A DNA stretch of 64,000 bases from Parcubacteria group bacterium (GCA_016186395.1 JACPLU010000003.1:76289-140288), one strand, 5' to 3'. Numbered from the stretch's first letter, positions 51,076 through 61,064 are shown. Notes: generated from the letters alone by a model not told the origin. Program-made: numbers and translations.

Positions 51076-51168
51076 GAAATATTAAAGGTTAGAAGCCAAA
51101 AGCGCCATTTAAATGGCGCTTTTAGTTTGACTCAATTAAAAAGCACCAAGTTGAACTTGGTGCCAATA

Positions 51169-51834
51169 TTAATAAATAGGTCTAAGCATTATTTTGCAGT
51201 AAGTATAAACCCGGACAGAAATTTGTTTAATTTTCTGATAAATCAAGAATCCAAAATAGGAAGTGTAAAAAAATAGTGAAATTAAAGTTATGTAAGTGTC
51301 AATCGATAGAAACTTTTTATTGCCGTGGGATATAAAGCCTGATATTGATTCGTTGTATATTGGCCAAAGATAAACGTGGCTTGAAACTTCATGAGTGAAA
51401 ATATCCGGTAAAATTCCAAATACTGCCCAAGCAGTACAAAAGTGTATTGGATATCTTAGCCAATCTAGTTTAAGGGTTTTTTTAAGAACAATCAGAACTA
51501 TTAAGACTAAGATTACTGGCGGCAAGCGGTTAAGATATTCTGTTTGTTCGCGCAATATCTGAACAGGTATGGATTGATAATTATGGGCAAAGTGTTCATT
51601 TATGGTCCAGGGGTTTAAATCCCACAGATCCCAACTGAAGAATTTGCTACTTGCATACTGAAATAGTTCTTTGGGGTAAAGTCGGGCTACTTTTGAAAGT
51701 CGGAATGCCCCATCAATTAAAAGCGGAATATCAGGCAGGATTGAACCGCTAAAATATACCCAAAAATATCTCTTTCTCCATTTTTGTTTTAATAAGAAAA
51801 AAAGAGCCGGTACTGCGTGGGTCGGTGTTAACAT
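51169..51834 (-). CDS. YdjM-like membrane metal-dependent hydrolase
   Basis: TPTH, GSILPD and DIFTH..LWP motifs. Confidence 0.65.
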   Translation of the reverse strand: MLTPTHAVPALFFLLKQKWRKRYFWVYFSGSILPDIPLLIDGAFRLSKVARLYPKELFQYASSKFFSWDLWDLNPWTINEHFAHNYQSIPVQILREQTEYLNRLPPVILVLIVLIVLKKTLKLDWLRYPIHFCTAWAVFGILPDIFTHEVSSHVYLWPIYNESISGFISHGNKKFLSIDTYITLISLFFYTSYFGFLIYQKIKQISVRVYTYCKIMLRPIY

Positions 51835-51882
51835 GTATCACCTTCCTTTATTAAGGATCAGATTTTGTTTTATGATAGCAAA

Positions 51883-52875
51883 TTAAGTAGTGTTTAGTCG
51901 AGAACCGATGAAATATTTGTGGCCGTTTACGAATTCTTGAATAGATGATATTTTCCCACCCCCTTTTTGTAAGGAAAGAAGTACGAGTGAGCCTATTTTA
52001 CATTGTACCGCAATTTGGCCTTTTGAATTTTTGAACACTGTACCAACAAGTAAACCACTTTCTTCGTTATCTGATTCTGCTTGTATAATTTTAATAATAA
52101 TTTCTTTTTTGTCACTATCTTTTGCCTTTTGATTTTTAACTTTTGATTTTGTCGTTATCCATGTGCCGGGTTCCGGGTTTAATGCTCTAATTTGTCTATC
52201 TAAATACTCGGCCGGTTTTAAGAAATCTAAATGTCCGTCTTCTCTGGAGAATTTTTTTGTGAATGTTGCTTGAGTGTGATCTTGTTCAACTGGTTTAATC
52301 TCATTTTTAACCCATTTGGGTATTGTTTTGATCAATAATTCAGCTCCTATTTTTGCCAATTTATCATGTAGCAATTCGTAAGTATCATGTTCCATGATCC
52401 ATGTTTTATGTTTCACGATTGTTGGTCCATGGTCCATTAGTTCATCCACTAACATAATCGTTACGCCAGTTTGGGTTTCGCCATTTAAAATTGATGTTTG
52501 AATTGGAGTTGGACCGCGGTATTTTGGGAGTAGTGATGGGTGAACATTTATAAAACCAAATTTTGGGATTTCTAAAATCTCTTTAGGAATAATTTTTCCG
52601 TAAGAAGCGACGATACAAAGGTCAGGTCGTAAATCTTGAAACTTGAAACGTAAATCATTAGTCAACTTTTCTGGCTGTAATATTTCTATGTCCCATGATT
52701 CATGTTTTATGATCCATGATTTAAGTAATGGTGGAGTGAATGTTTGTTTCCTTCCTGTTGGTTTATCTGGTGTCGTAATAATAGCCAAGATTTGATAGCC
52801 ACTTTTAATAAGTGAATCTAAAATGGGAATACTGAAATTGTCTGTTCCCCAGAATATAATTTTTGAATTTTGCAT
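51883..52875 (-). CDS. fmt: Methionyl-tRNA formyltransferase
   Basis: INVHPSLLPKYRGPTP motif. Confidence 0.96.
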   Translation of the reverse strand: MQNSKIIFWGTDNFSIPILDSLIKSGYQILAIITTPDKPTGRKQTFTPPLLKSWIIKHESWDIEILQPEKLTNDLRFKFQDLRPDLCIVASYGKIIPKEILEIPKFGFINVHPSLLPKYRGPTPIQTSILNGETQTGVTIMLVDELMDHGPTIVKHKTWIMEHDTYELLHDKLAKIGAELLIKTIPKWVKNEIKPVEQDHTQATFTKKFSREDGHLDFLKPAEYLDRQIRALNPEPGTWITTKSKVKNQKAKDSDKKEIIIKIIQAESDNEESGLLVGTVFKNSKGQIAVQCKIGSLVLLSLQKGGGKISSIQEFVNGHKYFIGSRLNTT

Positions 52876-52887
52876 AGTGCGATAAGT

Positions 52888-53337
52888 TTAACTCTGTTTT
52901 TGTTTTTCTATAATAAGAGTTCCTTGGAGATGATCAAATTCATGTTGCAAAACTCTGGCAAGCATGCCCTTGGCGATAAATTTAATTTTATCGCCTTTTT
53001 CATTAAGGGCTTTTACTTTTACTTTTTTGGTCCTTTTTATTTTGAGCCAGGTTCCAGGAATGCTCAAACAACCTTCTTCCATAATATCTTCCTGTTTTGA
53101 GTAGGGTTCAATTTCTGGATTTAAGTAAACATCGGGGGCGTTATTTTCTTTTGCAAGAGACTCGTCTATAACAAAAAGAGCCAAATCTTTGTTTACTTGA
53201 TTGGCTGCTAGTCCTACACCCCGAAACTCTATCATGGTTTTTTTCATGTCTTTAATAAGTTGGTCAATTTGGTCTTCGGGTCTAACATTTTCTAGCTTTT
53301 TATGCAGTATTGGGTTTGGGTTTTTTATTATTTCCAT
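52888..53337 (-). CDS. def: Peptide deformylase
   Basis: GVGLAANQ, EGCLS and QHEFDH motifs. Confidence 0.97.
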   Translation of the reverse strand: MEIIKNPNPILHKKLENVRPEDQIDQLIKDMKKTMIEFRGVGLAANQVNKDLALFVIDESLAKENNAPDVYLNPEIEPYSKQEDIMEEGCLSIPGTWLKIKRTKKVKVKALNEKGDKIKFIAKGMLARVLQHEFDHLQGTLIIEKQKQS

Positions 53338-53396
53338 CTTTACTAACTTATCATGATAATTTGATTTTTTGAAGTCAGTAAGTCACAGGAATTGTA

Positions 53397-53527
53397 TGGT
53401 ATCGCCCCTTACTGGTAATAGGAAACGAAGTTTGATAGGTCCTGAGACTTGAGTCGAAGGAAACTTCGTTTCCTCTTAGCGAGGCATCCGCTGGAGATGC
53501 TGAGCGTGCCAGTAAGGGGCGATACCA
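53397..53527 (+). ncRNA. Three-way-junction structured element, copy 5
   Basis: TGGTATCGCCCCTTACTGGT/GCCAGTAAGGGGCGATACCA P1; AAT, TGATAGG, CTTA, CGCTGGA and GT motifs. Confidence 0.6.
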
Positions 53528-53576
53528 CGAGCTGTGTTGATAAAGTTAATTTTTCCGCAGTGTATAATTTTATTAA

Positions 53577-56273
53577 GTGTCCAAACAGAAAATCTATTCT
53601 GTTCTTTTTGATGTCCTACCAGTTAATCGAAAAACTGGAGATATTGAAATTCAAAAAATAGAGTCGGTTCAGCAAAATCTTGATTTGGCTCAATTCAGGG
53701 ATCCTATTTATTGTGACGTTGTTGACTTAGCTTTTGCAGACCATATTGTGCCGATTGAAACAACTCCTCCCGCGGTAAGCGAAGTAAAATGGAATGCTCA
53801 TCAACAATTAGAAGAAGCTTTGAAAAAAACAACCACTCCATTAAATTTAAATTTTTCTAGTAGTCAAAAGCCGAGGGGAACAATACCCATCCGACAAAGT
53901 CACAAAAACAAAGAGGTTATTAAATCAAAGACGGATTTACCAAATGGAATTTGGGAGATTGGTAGGATTGAAACGCATGCGTCAACCCATTCTTTTTTTC
54001 CAGAACCGATATTGGCAAACGACAGAAACACAAAAAGTTATTTAACGGGGTCAATCCCGTTAGAGGCCCAATTCACGGACTTGAATTGGCAGAAATCGAC
54101 AGATTTCTTGCCTTTAACGGGATCAACAATTTCCAATGAACTAGAAAAGAAACTAAAAGAGCTTAGAGAAGTTAAAATTGAGCCGATTAAGAAGGAAGGG
54201 GTTATTATAAATCTTGGTCCAGCCACAGAAGCAATTCCAGTATCCCCACCAATTGTAGAGAAAGTGACAGTTACAAAAGCAAATTTATCTGAACAAGATC
54301 TTCTGGTGTGTCCGCCTCAAGTAACCAAATTTCAGTGGGGTAAGCTATTAACCGTTGGAATTATTGCAAATATTCTTTTCATAGGAGGACTTAACTTTTT
54401 TCAAAAGGGTATTCAAATCAAGAATGAAGTTACAAAGAAAGGAAACAATGCTTTAGCTAGTTTAGAAAGAGCAAAAGATGCTTTTTTAGGTTTTCGTTTT
54501 GATGACGCTAATCACGAATTTATATTTGCCGAAAAGAATTTTCAATCAGCACAACAGGAATTAAACAATTTTAGTTCTTCATTTCTGGGGTTGATAACTG
54601 CTTTGCCCGGTTTAAATAAAACTAAAGATGCGGAACAACTTAGCGAAGCGGGAAAGCTAATATCGGAATCCGGAGCTGATATAGCTTCAGCTTTTGACGG
54701 GTTAAAGAATGCGAACATTTTATCTTCAATTATACCCGGTGGTTCCAAGAAGCAATCTACCATAGATATGTTTTCTTTATTAAGGACTTTTCGGGTCGCG
54801 CTCATAGGGGCTGATCGAAATGTAGTAAGGGCGGGCAGGCTTTTAGCTGATGTTGATTCATCTTTGATACCTGAAGAAAAAAGAGAAACTTTTATAGATT
54901 TTCAAAATAAAATTCCGGAGTTTTCAAAATTTTTAAATGCGGCAATTGACTATTCGGGGGTTTTAATGGAAGCAATGGGTCAGAATGGTCCTATGCGTTA
55001 TCTTGTTTTGTTGCAAAATACGAGCGAACTTAGGCCGACTGGAGGATTCCCTGGAACTTATGCAGTTGTGGAATTTGATCAGGGAGTAATGAAAAGCTTT
55101 TTTGTGGATGACATATATAATCCTGATGGGCAGTTAAAAGAATTAATTATTCCGCCCAAACCTCTTCAAAAGATTACTCCTACGTGGGGCATGAGAGACT
55201 CGGCTTGGTGGGCGGATTTTCCGACCTCCGCGTATAAGGTTTACGAATTTTATAAGAAAGAACGAAAAGAAGAAATTGACGGTGTTATTGCTTTGAATGT
55301 AGATATGATTCTAAAACTTCTTAAATTCGTTGAGCCAATAAAATTATCTAAATACGGCACTGTTATAAATCCGGAAAATTTTCTGGAAGAGATACAGTCG
55401 GAGGTTGAGTATGGGTCTAACAGAATTCAACCCAAAACAGTCTTAAAAGATTTTGCGCCGTTATTTTTAGATTCAATTACACACATCAGCGAAGATAAGT
55501 GGGCCGATGTATTTTTGTCGATTGTTGAATCCATTCAGCAAAAAGATTTAATGGTTTATTTTTTGGAACCGTCTTTGGAAAAATTTGTTAAGGAAAGCGG
55601 TTTAGCTGGAGAAATCCGTGATTTTGATGGGGACTTTTTAATGATTAATCACACAAACGTGATGGGTTCTAAAACAGACGCTGTTATAGATAATAAAGTA
55701 ACTTTGAAGTTAAACATTAGTCAGGATGTAGTGGAACACGAGTTAACTGTTCAGCGTATCCATAATGGGGGAGACAGTAAATATGGTTTTTTCAATAAGA
55801 AAAATAACGACTACATGAGAGTTTTTGTTCCGAAAGACGCAGAACTTATATCTATTGATGGGAACTCGGACTTTTCTTTTAATCCATTGATTGATTATTC
55901 GGACGGCGAATTTAAAGAAGACCCGGATTTAGAAGACTTGGAATCAGCTCAAAAGGATACTAACGGGATTAAAGAATGGGAAGAAAACGGGAAAAAAGTA
56001 TTTGGTTTTTGGTTAGTACTTGAGCCAAAAACCACAAAGGCGGTTACCATAAGATATAAAACAAATACAATTAAAAATGGTAATTTAATAGATTATTCAC
56101 TTTTAGTTCAAAAACAGCCCGGAGTTAAGAGTAATATAAATATTTCAATAGATTCAGATCGTGACTTAAGTTTGACAGGAAGATTTCCAGAAAGCCTGAA
56201 TGCAATAGGTGATACTCTGGTAATGGATCAGGTTTTTGAAAAAGATATTTTGGTGGGAGCTTCTTTCAAATAG
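53577..56273 (+). CDS. DUF4012 domain membrane protein
   Basis: YLVLLQNTSELRPTGGFPG, RDSAWWADFPTSA and VQKQPG motifs. Confidence 0.88.
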   Translation: MSKQKIYSVLFDVLPVNRKTGDIEIQKIESVQQNLDLAQFRDPIYCDVVDLAFADHIVPIETTPPAVSEVKWNAHQQLEEALKKTTTPLNLNFSSSQKPRGTIPIRQSHKNKEVIKSKTDLPNGIWEIGRIETHASTHSFFPEPILANDRNTKSYLTGSIPLEAQFTDLNWQKSTDFLPLTGSTISNELEKKLKELREVKIEPIKKEGVIINLGPATEAIPVSPPIVEKVTVTKANLSEQDLLVCPPQVTKFQWGKLLTVGIIANILFIGGLNFFQKGIQIKNEVTKKGNNALASLERAKDAFLGFRFDDANHEFIFAEKNFQSAQQELNNFSSSFLGLITALPGLNKTKDAEQLSEAGKLISESGADIASAFDGLKNANILSSIIPGGSKKQSTIDMFSLLRTFRVALIGADRNVVRAGRLLADVDSSLIPEEKRETFIDFQNKIPEFSKFLNAAIDYSGVLMEAMGQNGPMRYLVLLQNTSELRPTGGFPGTYAVVEFDQGVMKSFFVDDIYNPDGQLKELIIPPKPLQKITPTWGMRDSAWWADFPTSAYKVYEFYKKERKEEIDGVIALNVDMILKLLKFVEPIKLSKYGTVINPENFLEEIQSEVEYGSNRIQPKTVLKDFAPLFLDSITHISEDKWADVFLSIVESIQQKDLMVYFLEPSLEKFVKESGLAGEIRDFDGDFLMINHTNVMGSKTDAVIDNKVTLKLNISQDVVEHELTVQRIHNGGDSKYGFFNKKNNDYMRVFVPKDAELISIDGNSDFSFNPLIDYSDGEFKEDPDLEDLESAQKDTNGIKEWEENGKKVFGFWLVLEPKTTKAVTIRYKTNTIKNGNLIDYSLLVQKQPGVKSNINISIDSDRDLSLTGRFPESLNAIGDTLVMDQVFEKDILVGASFK

Positions 56274-56277
56274 ATAA

Positions 56278-56468
56278 GCTTACTAAACAATACTCTTTCT
56301 CTTTCTTCGCAAACCCCGGCGTGGTTTGCTTAGGGGTTGAGCCCTTGCGCCACCGCTAAAGCTAAGGCGGCACGCGGTCGCTCTTACCCAGCTCTTTCAA
56401 AAGAAAGAGCTGGGTAAACCGTGCCCGCTACGGACTCAAAAACCGTTCAAGAGTATTATTTAGCAAGC
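56278..56468. repeat. TIR element copy 2 with a nested REP hairpin
   Basis: Homologous to 40649-40806; insert GCCACCGCTAAAGCTAAGGCGGC. Confidence 0.75.
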
Positions 56469-56476
56469 CTTTAGTC

Positions 56477-58408
56477 TTAAAGTGGATTTTTTGGGTCAAC
56501 TAATATTTCAAAATTTGATCCGATCATGTTGAGAATTTGATTTCTGGTTATTATTTCATTCTCAAACTGTTCTTCGGATTCTTTAAATGGGATTCTAATC
56601 AGAACATTGAAAATATATTTATCTTTTTCTTTACTAATTAAGGCTGGTACAGGACCGAGTATTTGACCATTATTGATCAAATCTGGTTTTAATTTTTTCA
56701 GTGCGTAAGTTAGATTTCGGGCTTGATGAAGCGCTTGTCCTTCGTTTATATTTTTAGATTCTATTTTAATAATTTGTCCAAAAGGAGGGTAGTTCATTAT
56801 TTGTCTGTTTTCCAAATCTTTTTTTAAAAATTCATTATAAGTTTGAGTATCCAGAGCATTTATTATTTCAGTTTTACTGTCAATTGTTTGTAAAATGGTT
56901 TGGTCGCTTAGTTTCCTTATTGAATATACCTCTTTTAAGATTTTATTGTTCATTCTAAAATCGGGAAATTGCATTAACTGGTCAAGGCCTATAATTCCTG
57001 AAACAATTTTTAATTTTTTTCTTTCCTCGCGGATAAAATCTTTAAAAGAAAAAAGCATTGAAGTGGCAATTAATATAGAAGGAGTTTCTAACCACTTTTT
57101 AATAACGGAAAGCCCGTTTTCTTCTTTAACGTTGTCTTGATCCAGTAAAAATATTTTTGATTCGGGTAATAGCTTTTGAATTTCTTTTGCAATTCTTTCG
57201 GAGCCAAAGCCGTAAGGTTTTAAAGCGTAATTTTCGCATGAGGGACAAAATTGAGGAACAGGTTTTTGAGCTTGGCATCGATGACATAGAAGATATGTTT
57301 TAGCGTCTCCGTGGTGAATTGTCATTGCAACTGAACAGTTATCGCAACTAACGGTTTTACCGCAGGCTCTGCAAATGTATAGTGAGTAACCTCGTCTATG
57401 AGAAAAAAGAATTACCCGATCATTATTAATTATGTAATCTTTTATCTTTTCTGTAAGTGTTTGGCTTAAAAACGAAAAATTTCCATGTTGGATTTCTTTA
57501 ACCATGTCAACCACTTCTAAATTTGAAGCCAATTTTTTTATTTGTGGAATTTTTTTACTTATAGCTTTCGGTAGAAGATCAGGAAAGGGAAAACCGGCAA
57601 GGACAATGTTGGCATTGTTTAGTTGAGCGAGTTTTTTAACAATTTTAGGTGCAAAGTATTTTGGCGTCATATCTGAATAGTAATTTTCGCTACCGGCGTC
57701 ATGAACGATAATAGATTTCAGATTTGGGTAATTGTAAAATAATGCTGTGCGTGTGCCTATTATTAACGATATGCCATTTTGTATTTCTTGATGTGTTTTA
57801 AATTGCTCTTTTATTGTTAAATTTCCGTGAATACCAACGCTTTTATATTCTGAAAGCACTTTTTGAATTATCGGAATTGAAATTTTCTGCGGGACTAAAA
57901 TGAGTGTTTGACCGTTTGGGTCAATATAGTTGAAATACTTTTTGATATCACCATCAATAAAAAAATCTTCTTTGATATTTTCCTTTTTGGGTTTATTTTG
58001 GTTTGCGCTATAACCCTCATCTTTCTTTGGGGATAGCCCTTCCGAAGCTCCATAGGAGCGAAGGAGGGTATTTTTCCAGAATTTGGGAAGTACTAATTTC
58101 ATACAAAGTCCTAGCGGTGCAAAATAGTAATTTGAAAGCCAAATTGCAAACTCAATTTGTTTTTTAGTTATAACATCCGCTTTTTTTAAACCAAGCAGTT
58201 TTTTTAAGGCAAAGCCGGCCATCTTTTTGAGCATAATTTTTTGTTTAGCTAGGGGAGTAGAACGCAGGACTACAGCTAAGGTTTTTTTATTTCTAACTGG
58301 AGCAAAAACCAAATCGCCGGCATTTAAAGATTCCGGCCAAAAATAGCTGAAAGTCTGGTTTTGAGATTTTGGAATAGAGACTAAAGGCGTGACTTCAATA
58401 ACATGCAT
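56477..58408 (-). CDS. priA: Primosomal protein N' with degenerate helicase motifs
   Basis: IGTRTALF, RRGYS, two C4 zinc fingers, G.ERI and YPPF motifs. Confidence 0.9.
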   Translation of the reverse strand: MHVIEVTPLVSIPKSQNQTFSYFWPESLNAGDLVFAPVRNKKTLAVVLRSTPLAKQKIMLKKMAGFALKKLLGLKKADVITKKQIEFAIWLSNYYFAPLGLCMKLVLPKFWKNTLLRSYGASEGLSPKKDEGYSANQNKPKKENIKEDFFIDGDIKKYFNYIDPNGQTLILVPQKISIPIIQKVLSEYKSVGIHGNLTIKEQFKTHQEIQNGISLIIGTRTALFYNYPNLKSIIVHDAGSENYYSDMTPKYFAPKIVKKLAQLNNANIVLAGFPFPDLLPKAISKKIPQIKKLASNLEVVDMVKEIQHGNFSFLSQTLTEKIKDYIINNDRVILFSHRRGYSLYICRACGKTVSCDNCSVAMTIHHGDAKTYLLCHRCQAQKPVPQFCPSCENYALKPYGFGSERIAKEIQKLLPESKIFLLDQDNVKEENGLSVIKKWLETPSILIATSMLFSFKDFIREERKKLKIVSGIIGLDQLMQFPDFRMNNKILKEVYSIRKLSDQTILQTIDSKTEIINALDTQTYNEFLKKDLENRQIMNYPPFGQIIKIESKNINEGQALHQARNLTYALKKLKPDLINNGQILGPVPALISKEKDKYIFNVLIRIPFKESEEQFENEIITRNQILNMIGSNFEILVDPKNPL

Positions 58409-58477
58409 TAATTGCAGTTTAGCACGGTATAACAAATAGTTTCTAGCATTTAGTGTCTAGAAATGTATAATTTAATT

Positions 58478-59938
58478 ATGGTTAAAGACGTAAGGGTGCG
58501 AATTGCTCCGTCGCCAACCGGGTTTTTGCATATTGGTACAGCTCGGACTGCACTTTTTAATTTTTTATTTGCCCAGCATTACAAGGGCGGTTTTGTGTTG
58601 AGAATTGAAGATACGGATCTTGAACGGTCAGAAAAAAAATATGAAGAAGATATTATTGAAGGATTACAGTGGCTTGGTATTGAGTGGGACGAGTTTTATA
58701 GGCAAAGCGAGCGTTTGGATATTTATAAAAAATATATTCAAAAACTTTTAGATGAAGGCAAGGCATTTTGGTGTTATCACAGTATTGAGGAGCTAGAGGC
58801 AGAAAAACAAGAACAAATGAAGCGAAAAGAGGCACCAAGACATATTTGTGAATATAAAGTCAAAAGTCAAAAGTCAAAAGTCAAAAGTAAGGAAGGCATT
58901 ATCCGTTTGGCGGTGGATGAGAACTCGACAAGAATAATTAGTTTTGAAGATTTGATTCGAGGAACGGTTGAGTGGGAACAAAAACTAGTAGGAGATTTAA
59001 GTATTGCAAAAGATGAAAATACGCCTTTGTATAATTTGGCAGTTGTAGTGGATGATTATGAGATGAAGATTAGCCATGTGATTCGTGGGGAAGACCATAT
59101 TTCCAATACTCCCAAACAAATTTTAATCCAGGAGGCGTTGGGTTTTAATGCTTTAGAATATGCTCACATGCCTCTAATTTTGGGGATAGATCGTTCTAAA
59201 CTTTCAAAAAGACACGGAGCAACTTCTTTAATAGAATTTCGAGAGCAAGGTTATTTACCAGAAGCAATGATAAATTTTATGGCGTTGCTTGGATGGAAGC
59301 CAAAACATGAAACATGGAACATAGAACATGAAGCACAAAAAGGAAGACAAGAAGATGTATTTAACTTGGATGAGTTAGTTCATCACTTTGATATCCATCG
59401 GGTACATAAATCCGGAGCAGTATTTGATATTAAAAAATTGAACTGGATGAATAATCAATATATTCGTGGATTGCCGTCGGAGCAATTTGAGAGTGCTGTA
59501 GTACCTTTTGTATTGAGGGAAATACAGCCAGAAAAAGTTGAAGACGACTTTGTGGAAAAAATAAAACCGATTTTAATCGAGCGTCTTGAAAAATTATCTG
59601 ACGTAAAAGAGTTTGAGTATTTATTTAAAGCCCCAGAGTATGATAAAAGTTTATTAGTTTGGAGAAAATCTGACTTAAATGGTGCTAAAAAAGCGCTTGA
59701 GTTAATAAATGGAAAGTTATCTTTAGAAGATTTAGAAAACAAAGATACTGTAAAAAATAAACTTGATGAAATTGCCAATCAAGAATTTGGCGGAGATAGG
59801 GGAGCAGTGTATTGGCCATTGCGTGTTGCTTTAACCGGTAAAGAAAAATCCCCGGATCCAGTTGTTATTACGTCGGTATTGACAAAAGAACAGACCCTTA
59901 TTAGGATAAACCATGCTCTTAAAAAATTAAACTCTTAA
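58478..59938 (+). CDS. gltX: Glutamyl-tRNA synthetase
   Basis: RIAPSPTGFLHIG, RGEDH and KLSKR motifs. Confidence 0.97.
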   Translation: MVKDVRVRIAPSPTGFLHIGTARTALFNFLFAQHYKGGFVLRIEDTDLERSEKKYEEDIIEGLQWLGIEWDEFYRQSERLDIYKKYIQKLLDEGKAFWCYHSIEELEAEKQEQMKRKEAPRHICEYKVKSQKSKVKSKEGIIRLAVDENSTRIISFEDLIRGTVEWEQKLVGDLSIAKDENTPLYNLAVVVDDYEMKISHVIRGEDHISNTPKQILIQEALGFNALEYAHMPLILGIDRSKLSKRHGATSLIEFREQGYLPEAMINFMALLGWKPKHETWNIEHEAQKGRQEDVFNLDELVHHFDIHRVHKSGAVFDIKKLNWMNNQYIRGLPSEQFESAVVPFVLREIQPEKVEDDFVEKIKPILIERLEKLSDVKEFEYLFKAPEYDKSLLVWRKSDLNGAKKALELINGKLSLEDLENKDTVKNKLDEIANQEFGGDRGAVYWPLRVALTGKEKSPDPVVITSVLTKEQTLIRINHALKKLNS

Positions 59939-59958
59939 ACATAAGGAGGGAGAAAACA

Positions 59959-60309
59959 ATGGCACTAGGACCAAAAGACATTTTAAAGAACAGAAGTCAA
60001 GAATTTGCTGATTTACTTGAAGGGGAAATAGACAATGAACTAGAAAGACTTGCACTTCAAGAAATAACAGATTTAAGAAGACTTGGGAGAATAGAATTAA
60101 GCATAAATCCATCACTGGGTAATATTTTTGAAGAATTCGGTGATGAAGCGGAGGGCTTTTTTCTAGATAAGAAAACCCAAAAACTAATCCGTTCAAAGTA
60201 TGTTAGGGTTGTAGTTGGTTGGAGTTCAGTCTCTTTTAAAATTGATTATGGGCTATTTATAGTTATTTTAAAAAGTACAGTTCAAAAGAAAAATAAAAAA
60301 CGGAGTTAG
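59959..60309 (+). CDS. Hypothetical protein
   Basis: AAGGAGG RBS; 116 aa. Confidence 0.6.
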   Translation: MALGPKDILKNRSQEFADLLEGEIDNELERLALQEITDLRRLGRIELSINPSLGNIFEEFGDEAEGFFLDKKTQKLIRSKYVRVVVGWSSVSFKIDYGLFIVILKSTVQKKNKKRS

Positions 60310-60392
60310 TTAAATAATTCACGTGGCGTCTGTAGAGGACGCTTTTTGATTTCCGAGGGTCTTTTTTATAGAATACGTACGATCTTTAAAAA

Positions 60393-60848
60393 ATGAAAGA
60401 GGTCTGTATGATTGATTTTTGGTTCGTCTTAATTTTATTAAGCTTGATTTTTACGCGTTTTTTCAGCCACAGAATTTTAAAAAGTAAAGCCGGCACAAAT
60501 TTAGAAATTTACGCAACTTTTATTGGAAGCATTCTTTTACTATTTTATGGGGCGCAATTAATTTCCGAAAATAAAGTGGTTATTCTAATTTTGATAGGCG
60601 TTAGTCTAAATTTGATAGTTTGTGTTATAAACAAGTTTAGAATGCCGGTGAGGCGACCCGAAGAACAGGGGAGGCTTATCGGCGTTATTCATAAATTTGT
60701 TGAACCTGAAACAAGGTTATTAAAATTAGCTGATATTATTTCTATCCCTTTTGAGTTCAAAGCAGTTAATAAGATATTAATAGTAAATTTAAGCATTGGT
60801 GACATATTTATGATTGTGGGGTGGGTTGTCTTTATTCTAGTAACCTAA
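60393..60848 (+). CDS. DUF5317-like membrane protein
   Basis: LNLIV..N..MPV, TRLLKLADII and SIGDI motifs. Confidence 0.75.
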   Translation: MKEVCMIDFWFVLILLSLIFTRFFSHRILKSKAGTNLEIYATFIGSILLLFYGAQLISENKVVILILIGVSLNLIVCVINKFRMPVRRPEEQGRLIGVIHKFVEPETRLLKLADIISIPFEFKAVNKILIVNLSIGDIFMIVGWVVFILVT

Positions 60849-60874
60849 AAACTAAATGCCCTTATGGGCGCTTT

Positions 60875-61055
60875 CCCCGTAGTGAAAATTTGGAAAGCTA
60901 CGCCAGATGATGCTTTCAGCATCATATTCCAAATTTCTACTACGGGGTTTTTTGTTATCTAATTTAGAGTTAACCCCGTAGTAGAAATTTAACTTTTTGA
61001 GGGTGAAAATTGCTTTGTTTACAAAGCAATGGTCAAAGTTTCACTACGGGGTTAA
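60875..61055. repeat. Two CCCCGTAGT..ACTACGGGG palindromic elements (60875-60947, 60970-61055)
   Basis: Terminal inverted repeats; third copy at 63309-63381. Confidence 0.75.
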
Positions 61056-61064
61056 AATAAGAAT

